The notes under the pieces: generated by a model
Databases searched by the model: none
What the model saw: the letters and a program-made list of their open reading frames with translations, nothing else
What the model was told of the DNA's origin: nothing
Position numbers and translations under genes: made by a program
IMG/VR virus record: IMGVR_UViG_3300020049_013434
Coordinates: 30,451 to 94,450 of that record
DNA length: 64,000 bases
Reading direction: 5' to 3' (one strand)
Origin: a virus
Lineage: Duplodnaviria > Caudoviricetes
Part shown: piece by piece, positions 29,336 through 38,789 of the stretch
How the letters are laid out: each line of letters begins with the position of its first letter
Position numbering within the stretch: position 1 is the stretch's first letter

Positions 29336-29699
29336 GCTCGGCCGCCTCCCTGAAGTCTTCTTGCATAACAAGCGATCTGATCATGCCCAACCGATCTTCC
29401 GTATAGTTGTCGCATAGCCAGTCGTCCAAGTAAGGGTTCTCGTAAAATGGTTGCTTCTCCAGCAGGAAACTAATCTTCTCAACTACCCTATGACAATTAG
29501 GACATAGGTGAATCAGATTATCCGGCAACCCATCACCGCCATCCTTAACAGGTACGATATGGTGTATCTCGCCGGTAAATGGACAGTAGAATTCACAAAT
29601 CTCACAGCGACATCTCGCCCTATCATAGACAGTTTTGGCAAAGAACTTAGCTTCATTTCTGCTCTGCCTTGCCTCCACCTTTCTTTCTAGCTTGTTCAT
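29328..29699 (-). CDS. HNH endonuclease
   Basis: CEIC...EIHHIVPVKDGG...NLIHLCPNCH. Confidence 0.9.
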   Translation of the reverse strand: MNKLERKVEARQSRNEAKFFAKTVYDRARCRCEICEFYCPFTGEIHHIVPVKDGGDGLPDNLIHLCPNCHRVVEKISFLLEKQPFYENPYLDDWLCDNYTEDRLGMIRSLVMQEDFREAAERE

Positions 29700-30943
29700 G
29701 CCTGGTTCCCCCATGCCTCCCAGCCATCGCGCCGATTGCGAGCAAAGAGTTCTATCTTGTCATACTCCGGGTACATTTTCTCTATGATTCCATAGAACTC
29801 CTCTGGCTTTGCGCTGTGTTTCTTGTCTCTTCGTATACGGACAACAGAAGGAGGTCTGTTTTTATCTTCTGGGACGGGTAGCGAACCCTTGGTCGCAAAG
29901 AGTAGAAGTTCATGCTGCTGCCTGGCGTAGTAACCCATTCCCATAACTTCCTTGTCCCACACCATGCATGTCTTGTAGGTGAACCCCCACGACTCAATGA
30001 CATGCATGGCATCTAGGAGCTTAGGGCTAGTTGCCCAAAGAATGAGTACGCAATCTGGTGCGGCAACTTTGTCGATCGGGAGAGAACAAATCTTGTCAAC
30101 GCTCATGGTTGGATATTGATTCCCGATCTCCCGACTCTCCGTCTCACTATGATCGTATTCCCACGGCGGATCGGCGTATATGACGGGGTATAGTCGATTT
30201 ACCACCTCTGTCAACGGCTTGTTTCCCTGCGATATCCTGTTAATCTTCTCTACTCGTTCAGCTCGTTTCTCCGCCGACTTCTTCGTGCGAATCTTCTTAG
30301 ACGCCTCAACAATCTGCTTCGGACCCTGAGCTACGATAACGATCTGGTCTTCCGGGGGGGCCTGGGCAATGATGGCGGCTGTACTGACGGCAACGTGCCC
30401 TTCCTTGACAGCCCGAACAAGCTCATCGCTTCCTTGCTTCCTAACCGTCTTCGCATCCTGTATGCTTCGAGGACTAACGCCAATAATCGCTGCCGCTTGG
30501 TCACGAGCTTGTTGAGCTCTATCCCCTGACCGTTGAGGCAAATTTGCCTCAACGGTGGCGGCATTCTGCTTCAGTGTGGATAACTGCTTTTTATGCGCCT
30601 CCTCCTCTAGCATCGGCAGAATGTCTGCGCCAATCATAGATGCTTGACTTGGTGTCAAATGCCGGCGCTTCAGATTTAGCGACACCACAAATCCGACCAG
30701 GCTTCCCTTTCCGTCCCAATAGCGAAACTTTGGCGAAATGCCAAGCTCGACGCAGGCCCGGTGCCGGTTGCGGCCGTCGACGATCGTGTGGCTTTCCGGG
30801 TGAAGCCAGACCGGCTCAAGGAGACCATTGGTTCTTATGTCTTCCTTCAGCCCTTCGTACTCTGCACCCTGCATGAGTGGAAAGATATTGGCGACCTCGT
30901 GATACTGTCTCTCTGCTTCCGCTGATTCTACAAATGGGTTCAT
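29696..30943 (-). CDS. ParB-like N-domain + MT-A70 family adenine methyltransferase
   Basis: IVDGRNRHRAC and NLKRRHL ParB motifs; YADPPW, HSAKP, IELFAR MT-A70 motifs. Confidence 0.9.
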   Translation of the reverse strand: MNPFVESAEAERQYHEVANIFPLMQGAEYEGLKEDIRTNGLLEPVWLHPESHTIVDGRNRHRACVELGISPKFRYWDGKGSLVGFVVSLNLKRRHLTPSQASMIGADILPMLEEEAHKKQLSTLKQNAATVEANLPQRSGDRAQQARDQAAAIIGVSPRSIQDAKTVRKQGSDELVRAVKEGHVAVSTAAIIAQAPPEDQIVIVAQGPKQIVEASKKIRTKKSAEKRAERVEKINRISQGNKPLTEVVNRLYPVIYADPPWEYDHSETESREIGNQYPTMSVDKICSLPIDKVAAPDCVLILWATSPKLLDAMHVIESWGFTYKTCMVWDKEVMGMGYYARQQHELLLFATKGSLPVPEDKNRPPSVVRIRRDKKHSAKPEEFYGIIEKMYPEYDKIELFARNRRDGWEAWGNQA

Positions 30944-31344
30944 GGCTGCCCCCAAGGTGGTAGAATTTCACAGGCTATGTCGTCCTTGTCGTAGTCGAGC
31001 TTGTGAACATCGAACCCTGCGACGATCTTGCAGTACGCGAATACATGCTGTGCCTCTGGTTGAGTGTCGAAATCCGAGCAGTTGTACGCGTCATGGTCGC
31101 AGATAAAGAAGAATGGATCGGGAGTTCGCTCGCCAGTCGGTGTAGGCATGCTCGTAGATTCCTGGGTTGGATGCGGTGTCGAGGTATTGGTTGGCAGCGG
31201 CGTTGGGGTCGATGTAGCCGTTGGCGGCGCAACCGCCACAATCGGCAGGTATTGATCGTTCTGTGGGATGGTCTGCCCGCTTGCCGTCCACGAGCCGAAT
31301 AGGGCAAGTGTCGCAAGCGCGAGCATGGGTAAAAACTTATTCAC
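30940..31344 (-). CDS. Secreted Excalibur Ca-binding domain protein
   Basis: Signal peptide, YLPIV, PT-rich linker, YNCSDF...LDYDKDDIACE. Confidence 0.8.
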   Translation of the reverse strand: MNKFLPMLALATLALFGSWTASGQTIPQNDQYLPIVAVAPPTATSTPTPLPTNTSTPHPTQESTSMPTPTGERTPDPFFFICDHDAYNCSDFDTQPEAQHVFAYCKIVAGFDVHKLDYDKDDIACEILPPWGQP

Positions 31345-31547
31345 TTTGCATTCCTTTTCACTATCCCCCTAGCCGCGCCTCTCACTGCGCAGTGCTATGG
31401 AGTTTACTTGAAACTTGTGCTACAATAGAATCATGTACGACATAGCTCTCGGCGTTCTGCTCTGTGCTTACATTATAACCGTAGCTTGCTACGAAAGCGC
31501 TCTACACAGACGCAACGTGCCGAATCAACCCAAGGATACCGACCGCG

Positions 31548-31895
31548 TCAAGCCTTATTGGTAGACCGGCTGCGCAGTCGTTCGATACGCGCGATCTCGA
31601 AGTCAATGTGATTGCGTGCCTTCTTCAGATCCTTCACCTCGTCCTCGCCAGGCTTCCGACCGGCCCGCCAAATATAGCCCATTGCCGTCGCCTTGTTGTA
31701 AGAGAAGTCCTGAATCACGTCGACCGCCTGCAAGCCCCATATAGTAGGGTGATCATAGTAGTGCGGCTTGGCGATCTCACCTGAGTCCCCAATGGCTGTA
31801 GTCTCACCCAGCGTCTCCATCATCCTAGATGGCCCAGGATGATTTTCGCTTCCAAAAACAAATACTTCCCCTGGCTCCAATTCCCTAAATAACAT
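31548..31895 (-). CDS. DUF3310 family protein
   Basis: KPHYY...YIWRAGRK..DLKKA. Confidence 0.75.
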   Translation of the reverse strand: MLFRELEPGEVFVFGSENHPGPSRMMETLGETTAIGDSGEIAKPHYYDHPTIWGLQAVDVIQDFSYNKATAMGYIWRAGRKPGEDEVKDLKKARNHIDFEIARIERLRSRSTNKA

Positions 31896-31903
31896 ATCTC
31901 CTC

Positions 31904-32479
31904 CTATATTCTCGCCGTGGTAATGCCCGTCTGCGCCTGGTACTTGCCCTTGCGGTCAGCGTAGGACACTTCCGGCTGGTCTCCCTCGAAGAATAAGCAC
32001 TGGGCAATTCCCTCGTTGGCGTATATCTTCGCCGGCAGGGGCGTCGTGTTCGAGATTTCGATGGTGACGTGTCCTTCCCAGCCCGGTTCAAATGCCGTGA
32101 AATTTGTTATGATGCCCGTCCTTGCGTATGTTGATTTTCCAAGGCATATTCCCAGAACGTTGCGTGGCATACGAAAATACTCCACGCTGCGCGCCAGGGC
32201 AAAGCTGTTGGGCGGAATAATGCAGACCGGGCCATGGAACTTTGCCATACTGCGCTCGTTATGTACCTTCGGGTCAATCACGGTCAGCTCGCCCGTCGCT
32301 GTCGTGAAGATCAAGAACTCGTCCGCCACGCGCAGGTCGTAGCCAAAACTACTGAGCCCATAAGAAATTACGCCCTCGCGGACCTGTTTTTCCACGAAAG
32401 GCGTAATCATCATTTGCTCTAAAGCCATGTGCCGAATCCACCAATCCGGCTTAATGCAAGAAAAACTATCCACTATCAC
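31904..32479 (-). CDS. dcd: dCTP deaminase
   Basis: [39 protein letters not shown]; start codon uncertain. Confidence 0.95.
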   Translation of the reverse strand: MIVDSFSCIKPDWWIRHMALEQMMITPFVEKQVREGVISYGLSSFGYDLRVADEFLIFTTATGELTVIDPKVHNERSMAKFHGPVCIIPPNSFALARSVEYFRMPRNVLGICLGKSTYARTGIITNFTAFEPGWEGHVTIEISNTTPLPAKIYANEGIAQCLFFEGDQPEVSYADRKGKYQAQTGITTARI

Positions 32480-33065
32480 TCCCTTCCCATATACCCGCTT
32501 CAAATAACTTGTTGCCATTCTTCGCCAGCCAGTCCTTCGCCTTTTGCGTGAAGGACCAGGACACCCGACCTGAATCGTCCGACTTACCACGGTCCAACCA
32601 GGGCACCGTAGCTGTAGCCAGGTTGTTCAGCGCACTGTACGCCGCCTTCTCGTCCATGCCCATGCCATCCGCCACGTCGCCCGAGGTGAACTGGTAGAAT
32701 CGACCAGAGTCCACCATATTGTTGAGCAAGTGTTTCAGTACCGCATACGACTGTGACTCCTTGCCGCCACGCACCTTCGCCGGAACCTTCAACTGACCGC
32801 CAACGACGTTTTTGGCAACCCCGTTAATCTTCTTTGCTAACTCTCGGACCTTCTGCGCCTCGTCGTTCGGCTCAGGCGTCAAGTGAAGGGTGAGGGCGCC
32901 TTTCATGACGCACTCCTGGGTGAGCAAGCTGTTCAGGATGAGTTCTTCAAGAATGATTTTGCGAGCGATCGCCTTGTACATGGCGGGATCAAAGACGGTT
33001 TGAGTTGATAATCGGAGCAATGCATTGAATTCTTCGTCGGTGAAAATTAACTCTACGACCTTCAT
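32466..33065 (-). CDS. Hypothetical DNA-binding protein (C-terminal wHTH-like)
   Basis: [24 protein letters not shown]; own promoter at 33090-33127. Confidence 0.45.
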   Translation of the reverse strand: MKVVELIFTDEEFNALLRLSTQTVFDPAMYKAIARKIILEELILNSLLTQECVMKGALTLHLTPEPNDEAQKVRELAKKINGVAKNVVGGQLKVPAKVRGGKESQSYAVLKHLLNNMVDSGRFYQFTSGDVADGMGMDEKAAYSALNNLATATVPWLDRGKSDDSGRVSWSFTQKAKDWLAKNGNKLFEAGIWEGSDSG

Positions 33066-33089
33066 GGGCTTTTGTCCTTTCTGACAGAA

Positions 33090-33127
33090 ATTTTATCATT
33101 TATAGAGCAATCTGTCAAACGGGAAAA
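33090..33127 (-). promoter_or_regulatory. Sigma70 promoter with TTTTCCC extension
   Basis: TTTTCCCGT-TTGACA-17-TAAAAT. Confidence 0.7.
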
Positions 33128-33227
33128 AGGGATAGGTTTGGCGAGCAAGAAATACAAGCTTGCTCGCCGAGGTCAATCTGAAGCACGACCAAGGAGGTCT
33201 TAAGGATACCATGAATTCCTGGTAAAG

Positions 33228-35135
33228 TCAACGCGATTCAACCACCATGCGCTCAATTGTCAACTTCGTGTAAGCGCCACTACTGGCGTCAACCTGGTCG
33301 TCATGCTCACGCTTACCGAAGGCGATGTAGAGCGACAGCTCCTTGATATAGGCAGCATTCCACTCGGCACGCTTCATCCGCACGTTGCCGGCGTTGACGT
33401 AGGCGGAGAAGGGGCGGCTGCGCACGTCCTTGTTATCGCCCGGGCGGTCAATCATGACCTCGTACCCGGCGAGCTTGCGCTGCGTGGCGTAGGCGACCTG
33501 CTTACCGCTGGCGGCCGGCTCCTGCTCAATCCAGAACTGCATCATGCGCCGCGACTTGCCGGCATACTTGTAGGCGTCAAGCTTGATTGTCTGCTCAATC
33601 TGCTTCTCGACGTCTTCCGGCGCCCACTGCCCACGCAGTACGTCTTCAATGTAGACAAAGCCATTGTCGTCAATCGCCATGAGCACGCCCACGGTCCAGT
33701 CGCCCTTGCCCTCACTGCCGGCACGGTCGAAGTAACGCACACGATCGGCAGCCACCGGCACCTCCTCGACGACCTCAATGCGCTGGGTCTTTATCGTATA
33801 GCTGGCTTCGCTCTTCGGGTTCTGCTGGTACAACCCCTGGAAGTCGCGCCCCATTTCATTCTCAATGGTGATCAGATCCTGAATGGGCAGGCGTGAAGGT
33901 AGAATACTCTCGCCCTTGTGGCGCCCCAGAGCGTCCTTCTGTGGGTCGTCTTCGATGGAGATGGCAGGAATGGTCAACACGGTCCACTGCGAGGCTGTGG
34001 CGGAGCTCAGGATGCGTCCAGTTAGGTCCTCTTCGGTCCAGCGCGTGTGAATCAGAATGGTCGGCGTCTGGCTCAGGCGGTTACGACGGGTGCGCAAGTC
34101 GTTGAGCCACCAGTTCCAGACCATGGTCTGATAGGTTGGGCTGTGCGCCTCAGCATAGCTTTTGATTGGATCATCGGCGATCAAGCAGTTATGGACGAGT
34201 ATGCCATTGGCGAAGAAATTCTGATTATCCTCGATCTGCAAATCGAAGACTCTGTCAGTCTCCTCTGTAACGAGAATGCTCTCGACGGTTTCTGTTCTAC
34301 CGTCAGTTCGTAGTAGCTCAAAGCCTTTTTGCAGCCACATAGCGGGCATGTAGACGCCAATTGCCGGTAGAAATATCCGGTGCTCCGGCGTGCATGCAAA
34401 GAAGGAGCCATCGCTCAGGGAAACTCTGCACAGAGTTTCGGTTTTCACCTCGCGCGTAGCCAGTATATCCTTGTACTCAGGTTTGCGCAGCTTCTGATTA
34501 TACGACAGGACGAGTGGTGGACTCTTGTAGGCGCAAAGATCCTCTATTGATACCGGACCAGCGATCGTGTCGATCAGTGTTTCGGCAGTTAGGCAGTCAG
34601 CACCAAAGCCAGCGACGCTACTTCCAACGCCGATAGCTTTCACCATCCCACCGTAGATAGTAGACCATTCATCGGCGAGACTAGACTCTACCGTTAGAGG
34701 CGTTATCTCCTGATAAATTTTCAGAGACTCCTCGCTAAAGTTCTTGGCTAGATCCTTGTTGTATGCACCGATAATGACCTTGTTTGTTGGATAACGCAAA
34801 AGCCAAAATACCGGGAGACGGATCGTCACCAGGTTCGATTTTCCCGTCCGTGGCGGAATGTTGATAATGAGCTGGGTTATCTCCCCATCCAACACCGCCT
34901 GGACATACTCTATGATTTTTACGTATACAGGACTATCCCAGTCCATTTCTGGGAACTCACGCTTGAGCCAGTCGTGATAGGGCGTGTTGAGCGCTTCCTC
35001 GCGGCGTTGGGCATAGCGCTGCTGTTCAGCCACACGCCGCTCACCCTCACGCGCCATTTGCTCGGCGACACGCCGGTCGGAGATATTGTGCTCACGCATG
35101 ATGTACTGCGTGATGCGGTCGATAGATGTTGCCAT
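33228..35135 (-). CDS. Terminase large subunit with mini-intein
   Basis: Walker A IPPRTGKS, Walker B LIADD, TRW, YQQNP, nuclease HDDQVDA. Confidence 0.95.
   Translation of the reverse strand: MATSIDRITQYIMREHNISDRRVAEQMAREGERRVAEQQRYAQRREEALNTPYHDWLKREFPEMDWDSPVYVKIIEYVQAVLDGEITQLIINIPPRTGKSNLVTIRLPVFWLLRYPTNKVIIGAYNKDLAKNFSEESLKIYQEITPLTVESSLADEWSTIYGGMVKAIGVGSSVAGFGADCLTAETLIDTIAGPVSIEDLCAYKSPPLVLSYNQKLRKPEYKDILATREVKTETLCRVSLSDGSFFACTPEHRIFLPAIGVYMPAMWLQKGFELLRTDGRTETVESILVTEETDRVFDLQIEDNQNFFANGILVHNCLIADDPIKSYAEAHSPTYQTMVWNWWLNDLRTRRNRLSQTPTILIHTRWTEEDLTGRILSSATASQWTVLTIPAISIEDDPQKDALGRHKGESILPSRLPIQDLITIENEMGRDFQGLYQQNPKSEASYTIKTQRIEVVEEVPVAADRVRYFDRAGSEGKGDWTVGVLMAIDDNGFVYIEDVLRGQWAPEDVEKQIEQTIKLDAYKYAGKSRRMMQFWIEQEPAASGKQVAYATQRKLAGYEVMIDRPGDNKDVRSRPFSAYVNAGNVRMKRAEWNAAYIKELSLYIAFGKREHDDQVDASSGAYTKLTIERMVVESR
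34188..34595 (-). mobile_element. Mini-intein (136 aa, no endonuclease)
   Basis: CLTAETLI...TPEH...NFFANGILVHN followed by Cys, just before Walker B. Confidence 0.9.
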
Positions 35136-35149
35136 TCGCTCCTCTGAGA

Positions 35150-35291
35150 GATAGCGAAGGCGGAAGAAGGCAGCGGGCGGTCCCCAGGAGTGTGAGAGTT
35201 AGGGGACCGCCCTAGTGAAAGGAATGCATTAGGGTCCACAATAAAAGGAGTATCGAGCTAACGCATTAGGGAGCTTTGGCTTCTCCCCGAT
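35150..35291 (-). ncRNA. Candidate sRNA / terminase leader complementary to the portal RBS
   Basis: Consensus promoter upstream; 11-bp GC hairpin; 15-nt and 10-nt blocks complementary to the portal 5' UTR. Confidence 0.55.
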
Positions 35292-35296
35292 AGTCA

Positions 35297-35325
35297 ATTA
35301 TAACTTACGATATTTCTCTTGTCAA
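35297..35325 (-). promoter_or_regulatory. Consensus sigma70 promoter
   Basis: TTGACA-17-TATAAT. Confidence 0.85.
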
Positions 35326-35438
35326 TGGGCGATCAGCCTACTTATCACCTAGTCTTATCGTACATATTGCCTAAGTTTAGTTTTTCCGTAAGGAACTTGT
35401 GCGCGTCTTCGAGAATGCGCATGAATTTCTGGTTGTTC

Positions 35439-35930
35439 TCACTTCTGATTCTCGCATATAGAATCATTGCGCCGATTAGTTCCAGCATTGCCTGGTCGGC
35501 GCCCTTTGCTGCGGCTAGACTTGAGAAAATCTCCGCTGCGGAGGTGTTCGATCTCATCTTTGTCAATGGGGTCTCCGTCCGAGAGTCTAAGCTGGCGGAA
35601 GAGCAGATTGCGGTATGGAATAATGACTTCTTGGTCGTCTTCCGACTTCCAGACAGCCGGTTCTCGCACATTTGCAGGAATCTCGGAAGGCGGCTCTATG
35701 CCGTGAATCTGCGCCAGCTTCTTGTAGTCCGCCTCACTCTTTAGCCAGTGCTTATTGCAGATAACACACCCGCGCTCCTTGACGCGCTTGTAGGAGCGCT
35801 CTACCTCATGCCCGTTCACACAAATCCACTTAGTCTTCTCGGTTACCGAGTGAGGCACTTGCCCGATAAGCTGCCAGCCCAACTCCTCGGCTAGCTCCTC
35901 ATAGTCTTCACGATACTTTTGTCTTGGCAT
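35439..35930 (-). CDS. Treble-clef zinc-ribbon protein
   Basis: KTKWICVNGHE...GCVIC, plus a degenerate second copy. Confidence 0.55.
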   Translation of the reverse strand: MPRQKYREDYEELAEELGWQLIGQVPHSVTEKTKWICVNGHEVERSYKRVKERGCVICNKHWLKSEADYKKLAQIHGIEPPSEIPANVREPAVWKSEDDQEVIIPYRNLLFRQLRLSDGDPIDKDEIEHLRSGDFLKSSRSKGRRPGNAGTNRRNDSICENQK

Positions 35931-36223
35931 AATCCACTTCTAATTGAGACTGAATGCACTGAGCAGACGGTGGGCTTGCCGCTCCTGCTCCTTTATGTGT
36001 TCGATGTCGGTCTCATCGATCTCGATTCCTGACAGCCGCGCGAACTCTCGCAAACCTCTCGCCTCACTGGTAAGCCCCTTGATTTCATACTCTACGATCA
36101 GTCCAACCAACACAGACAGGGGTGCCTCAAATACTAACATGTGAGCCTCCTTGGCATGGTACTACGAAAAATGTAGTAATGAGAGCTTATCACACGGCGC
36201 AAAACGCTGTCAAACACAAAACA

Positions 36224-37003
36224 CTACGCCACCATGCCGAACTTGATTGGCGAGTGGTGAGTATAGTTCTCTAAGACAAGCTGTGCCGGGTCGACGCCAT
36301 ACAAGTCCTCCGCTACTTCCCCTTCAATGCGAAACGTCGGCAAGACCAACGGCGTTCGTTCGAGCTGCAGCCGGGCGCCGGCAAAGTGTGGCTCATAGAC
36401 GTGAACGTTGCCCAGGTCACAGATTAGCTCGACCGCCCGCTGCCCAGCAACCTTAGCGAAGAGGTGAGCAAGGATGGCGTAGCCGGCGATATTGGTCGGC
36501 AGTCCGAGTATTGCGTCCGTCGATCTCATCGAGAACTGCAATGTGAGATTCTTGCCGTCGCTGTGTAGCTGCATGTCCTTGTGGCACGGCGGCAGCGCCA
36601 TCTCGTCCATGTCGACCGGATTCCATGCTGTAACCACATTGCGGGTGCTGCGCGGGTTCTTCTTCAGCATTTGAACGGACCTGGCGATTTGATCAACGCC
36701 GAAACCATGGCGCCATTGATAGCCGTATATCTTCCCCACATAACCCCCTGCGTCCGCATTGGCGTCCCAAATGTGAACGTCGTGCTCGTGCAGGTATTTT
36801 GTATCCGTGTCGCCGCGCAAAAACCAGCAAATCTCTGTGGACGGGTTCTTCCAGGGAATCTTACGGGTCGTGATCAGCGGAAATGACTTGGTTAAGTCAA
36901 AGCGCAGTTGGGCGCCATAGATGGTGCGGCGAATGCCGTTGCGGGTCTGACAGTCCTCGCCGTCACGCATAACGCGATTTAACAAATTGAGATATCTAAA
37001 CAT
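36224..37003 (-). CDS. thyA: Thymidylate synthase
   Basis: YGYQWR, AWNP, MALPPCH, RSTD..LGLPTN, HVYEPH. Confidence 0.95.
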   Translation of the reverse strand: MFRYLNLLNRVMRDGEDCQTRNGIRRTIYGAQLRFDLTKSFPLITTRKIPWKNPSTEICWFLRGDTDTKYLHEHDVHIWDANADAGGYVGKIYGYQWRHGFGVDQIARSVQMLKKNPRSTRNVVTAWNPVDMDEMALPPCHKDMQLHSDGKNLTLQFSMRSTDAILGLPTNIAGYAILAHLFAKVAGQRAVELICDLGNVHVYEPHFAGARLQLERTPLVLPTFRIEGEVAEDLYGVDPAQLVLENYTHHSPIKFGMVA

Positions 37004-38009
37004 TGCGTTCTCCAGGATAATAGCCGTCAACCGGGTCGCGCTTCTCTAGCGCCTGGCGCAGCATTTGCATAAAGGTGTAGGAAAGCTGCCGAATGCCGGC
37101 GTCACGCTGGTCCAGTTGCTCACGGGCAGCATTGTGTGCCCAGAAGTCCAGAGGGTTGTCGTGCCCTCTGGGTAGTCTGTCGAATCCATACTCTTGCCAC
37201 TGCCTTCGGTCAATTGCTAGCTCCATAACGATTGGCTTTTCGATCGGATCTGGCGACTGTAGCCGAACGGTAAAGCGCGCAATATCAATCATTACTCCTC
37301 CTTGCCTAGTTGCTCACTCCAGAACTTGTCCTGCTCAACCGCACTCGTAATAGCACGCTTGGCGAGCTTCTCCCTAGCTTCCTGACCAATCAGTAGGGCT
37401 CCTCCTGCGACCCAGAACACGCCCATTGAGGTCAGCCCAGCCGCCCAACCGTGCCAGAATGTCATGCCTAGTACGACGAGCAAAATGCCCGCAAACAGCA
37501 TGTAAATACCCTTCGTAGCGCCTCCTTTTCCCTAAAAATATCCTAAATCTCCCAATCTGACAGGCAAATTCGGCAGATTTGCTTCAAAATGCCCCGATTT
37601 GTGTCCAAAATAGGCTTATTTGACAAAATTCCGCCACAATTCGGGCAAATTTTGTCAAAAACACGCCAAACCTCTGTTTTCCACCCTTTTTCCGTCAACT
37701 TCGTGTATTCAGCGACAGCCGGCACGAATTCGATCGGGTGATTGTGGCGACTGCCCTCTTTGCACATGATCTCAGCGAGCAAACGGCTCAGATCGAACCA
37801 TTCTCGCCAATCAGCCGGCTTGTAGAGGTCTTCCTGCTCGACAATCGGCACAACTGGCACAATAGGCGGCTCGCCAGGGATACCCATGGTGTGCCCACGC
37901 GATAGATTCGTGCCAAGCCAGCACAGATCTTGGAGCCGGCCGGCTTTAGCAGCGCTCTCACATAACTTCAGTTGACTCGTCTTTGTCTGGTTCATAATTC
38001 CTACCTTAA

Positions 38010-38130
38010 ACGCGACAGAGCCCAGGATACGAGGGAGAGGCTCGCACCGTGGGCTCTGTCAACTCACAAAGAGAAAGAAAGGAGTACGCCATGCCAATGA
38101 GCTATGCCGGTTGCTCACTACCTGCTGTAC
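38010..38130 (-). ncRNA. Candidate sRNA with anti-SD tract
   Basis: Promoter TTTTCCCAC-TTGACA-17-TAGAAT (38137-38174); pyrimidine tract; 11-bp hairpin 38014-38060. Confidence 0.35.
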
Positions 38131-38243
38131 CCCTTTATTCTAGCATATACCGCTTAGACTGTCAAGTGGGAAAATACGGTTTGGTATATTCTGCCTTTTT
38201 GGCGACCGGCAGCGAGCTGGTTGAGATATGCTGATCGAAGAAC

Positions 38244-38789
38244 TCAATCCTCTTCTTCAATTCCACTATGGACAGGGACTCGGCGCGCAGTGATAGCTGG
38301 TCCATTAGGGTAGTGTAGGTCGATTCGTCCATTTGGTGGCAAAAGGTCACGGTCGGTGTCCACTCGTAGAGAACGCGCATGGCTCTTTATCCTTTCCTTG
38401 TATTCTCCCCAGGCGTAGCTGCGAGCTGCGTCAGCCCAGTCGCTGAACTCGCCGAAATCGTCGACAATCTCGCCCAATGGAAGGTAGTGCCAGTTGCCAC
38501 GATCAGGTACTGCCAACACAATCTGAATCGCATTCTTAGCGATAATGGTGCGAGCACTGAGGCGGCGGTAGGGCACGCTGAAGTGGTCCAGGAGCTCTCT
38601 AATGGTATCGGCAGTGTGATAGGCTATCTCGGCATGAATCATGGGCCAGACGAACGTGTGTGGTCCTGGCGGCATACGCATAATGCGGTGGGCGAGCAGA
38701 TAGGCTGCCGTGAAGGTGCGGCCGGCGCCTCGTTCGCCGTAGTGGCGCTCCGTCATGACCCGGCGTAGGCGCGCATGGTCTATGTTCAT
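38244..38789 (-). CDS. Hypothetical protein with degenerate P-loop
   Basis: YGERGAGRT and IVDD resemble a terminase/helicase ATPase fragment. Confidence 0.4.
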   Translation of the reverse strand: MNIDHARLRRVMTERHYGERGAGRTFTAAYLLAHRIMRMPPGPHTFVWPMIHAEIAYHTADTIRELLDHFSVPYRRLSARTIIAKNAIQIVLAVPDRGNWHYLPLGEIVDDFGEFSDWADAARSYAWGEYKERIKSHARSLRVDTDRDLLPPNGRIDLHYPNGPAITARRVPVHSGIEEED

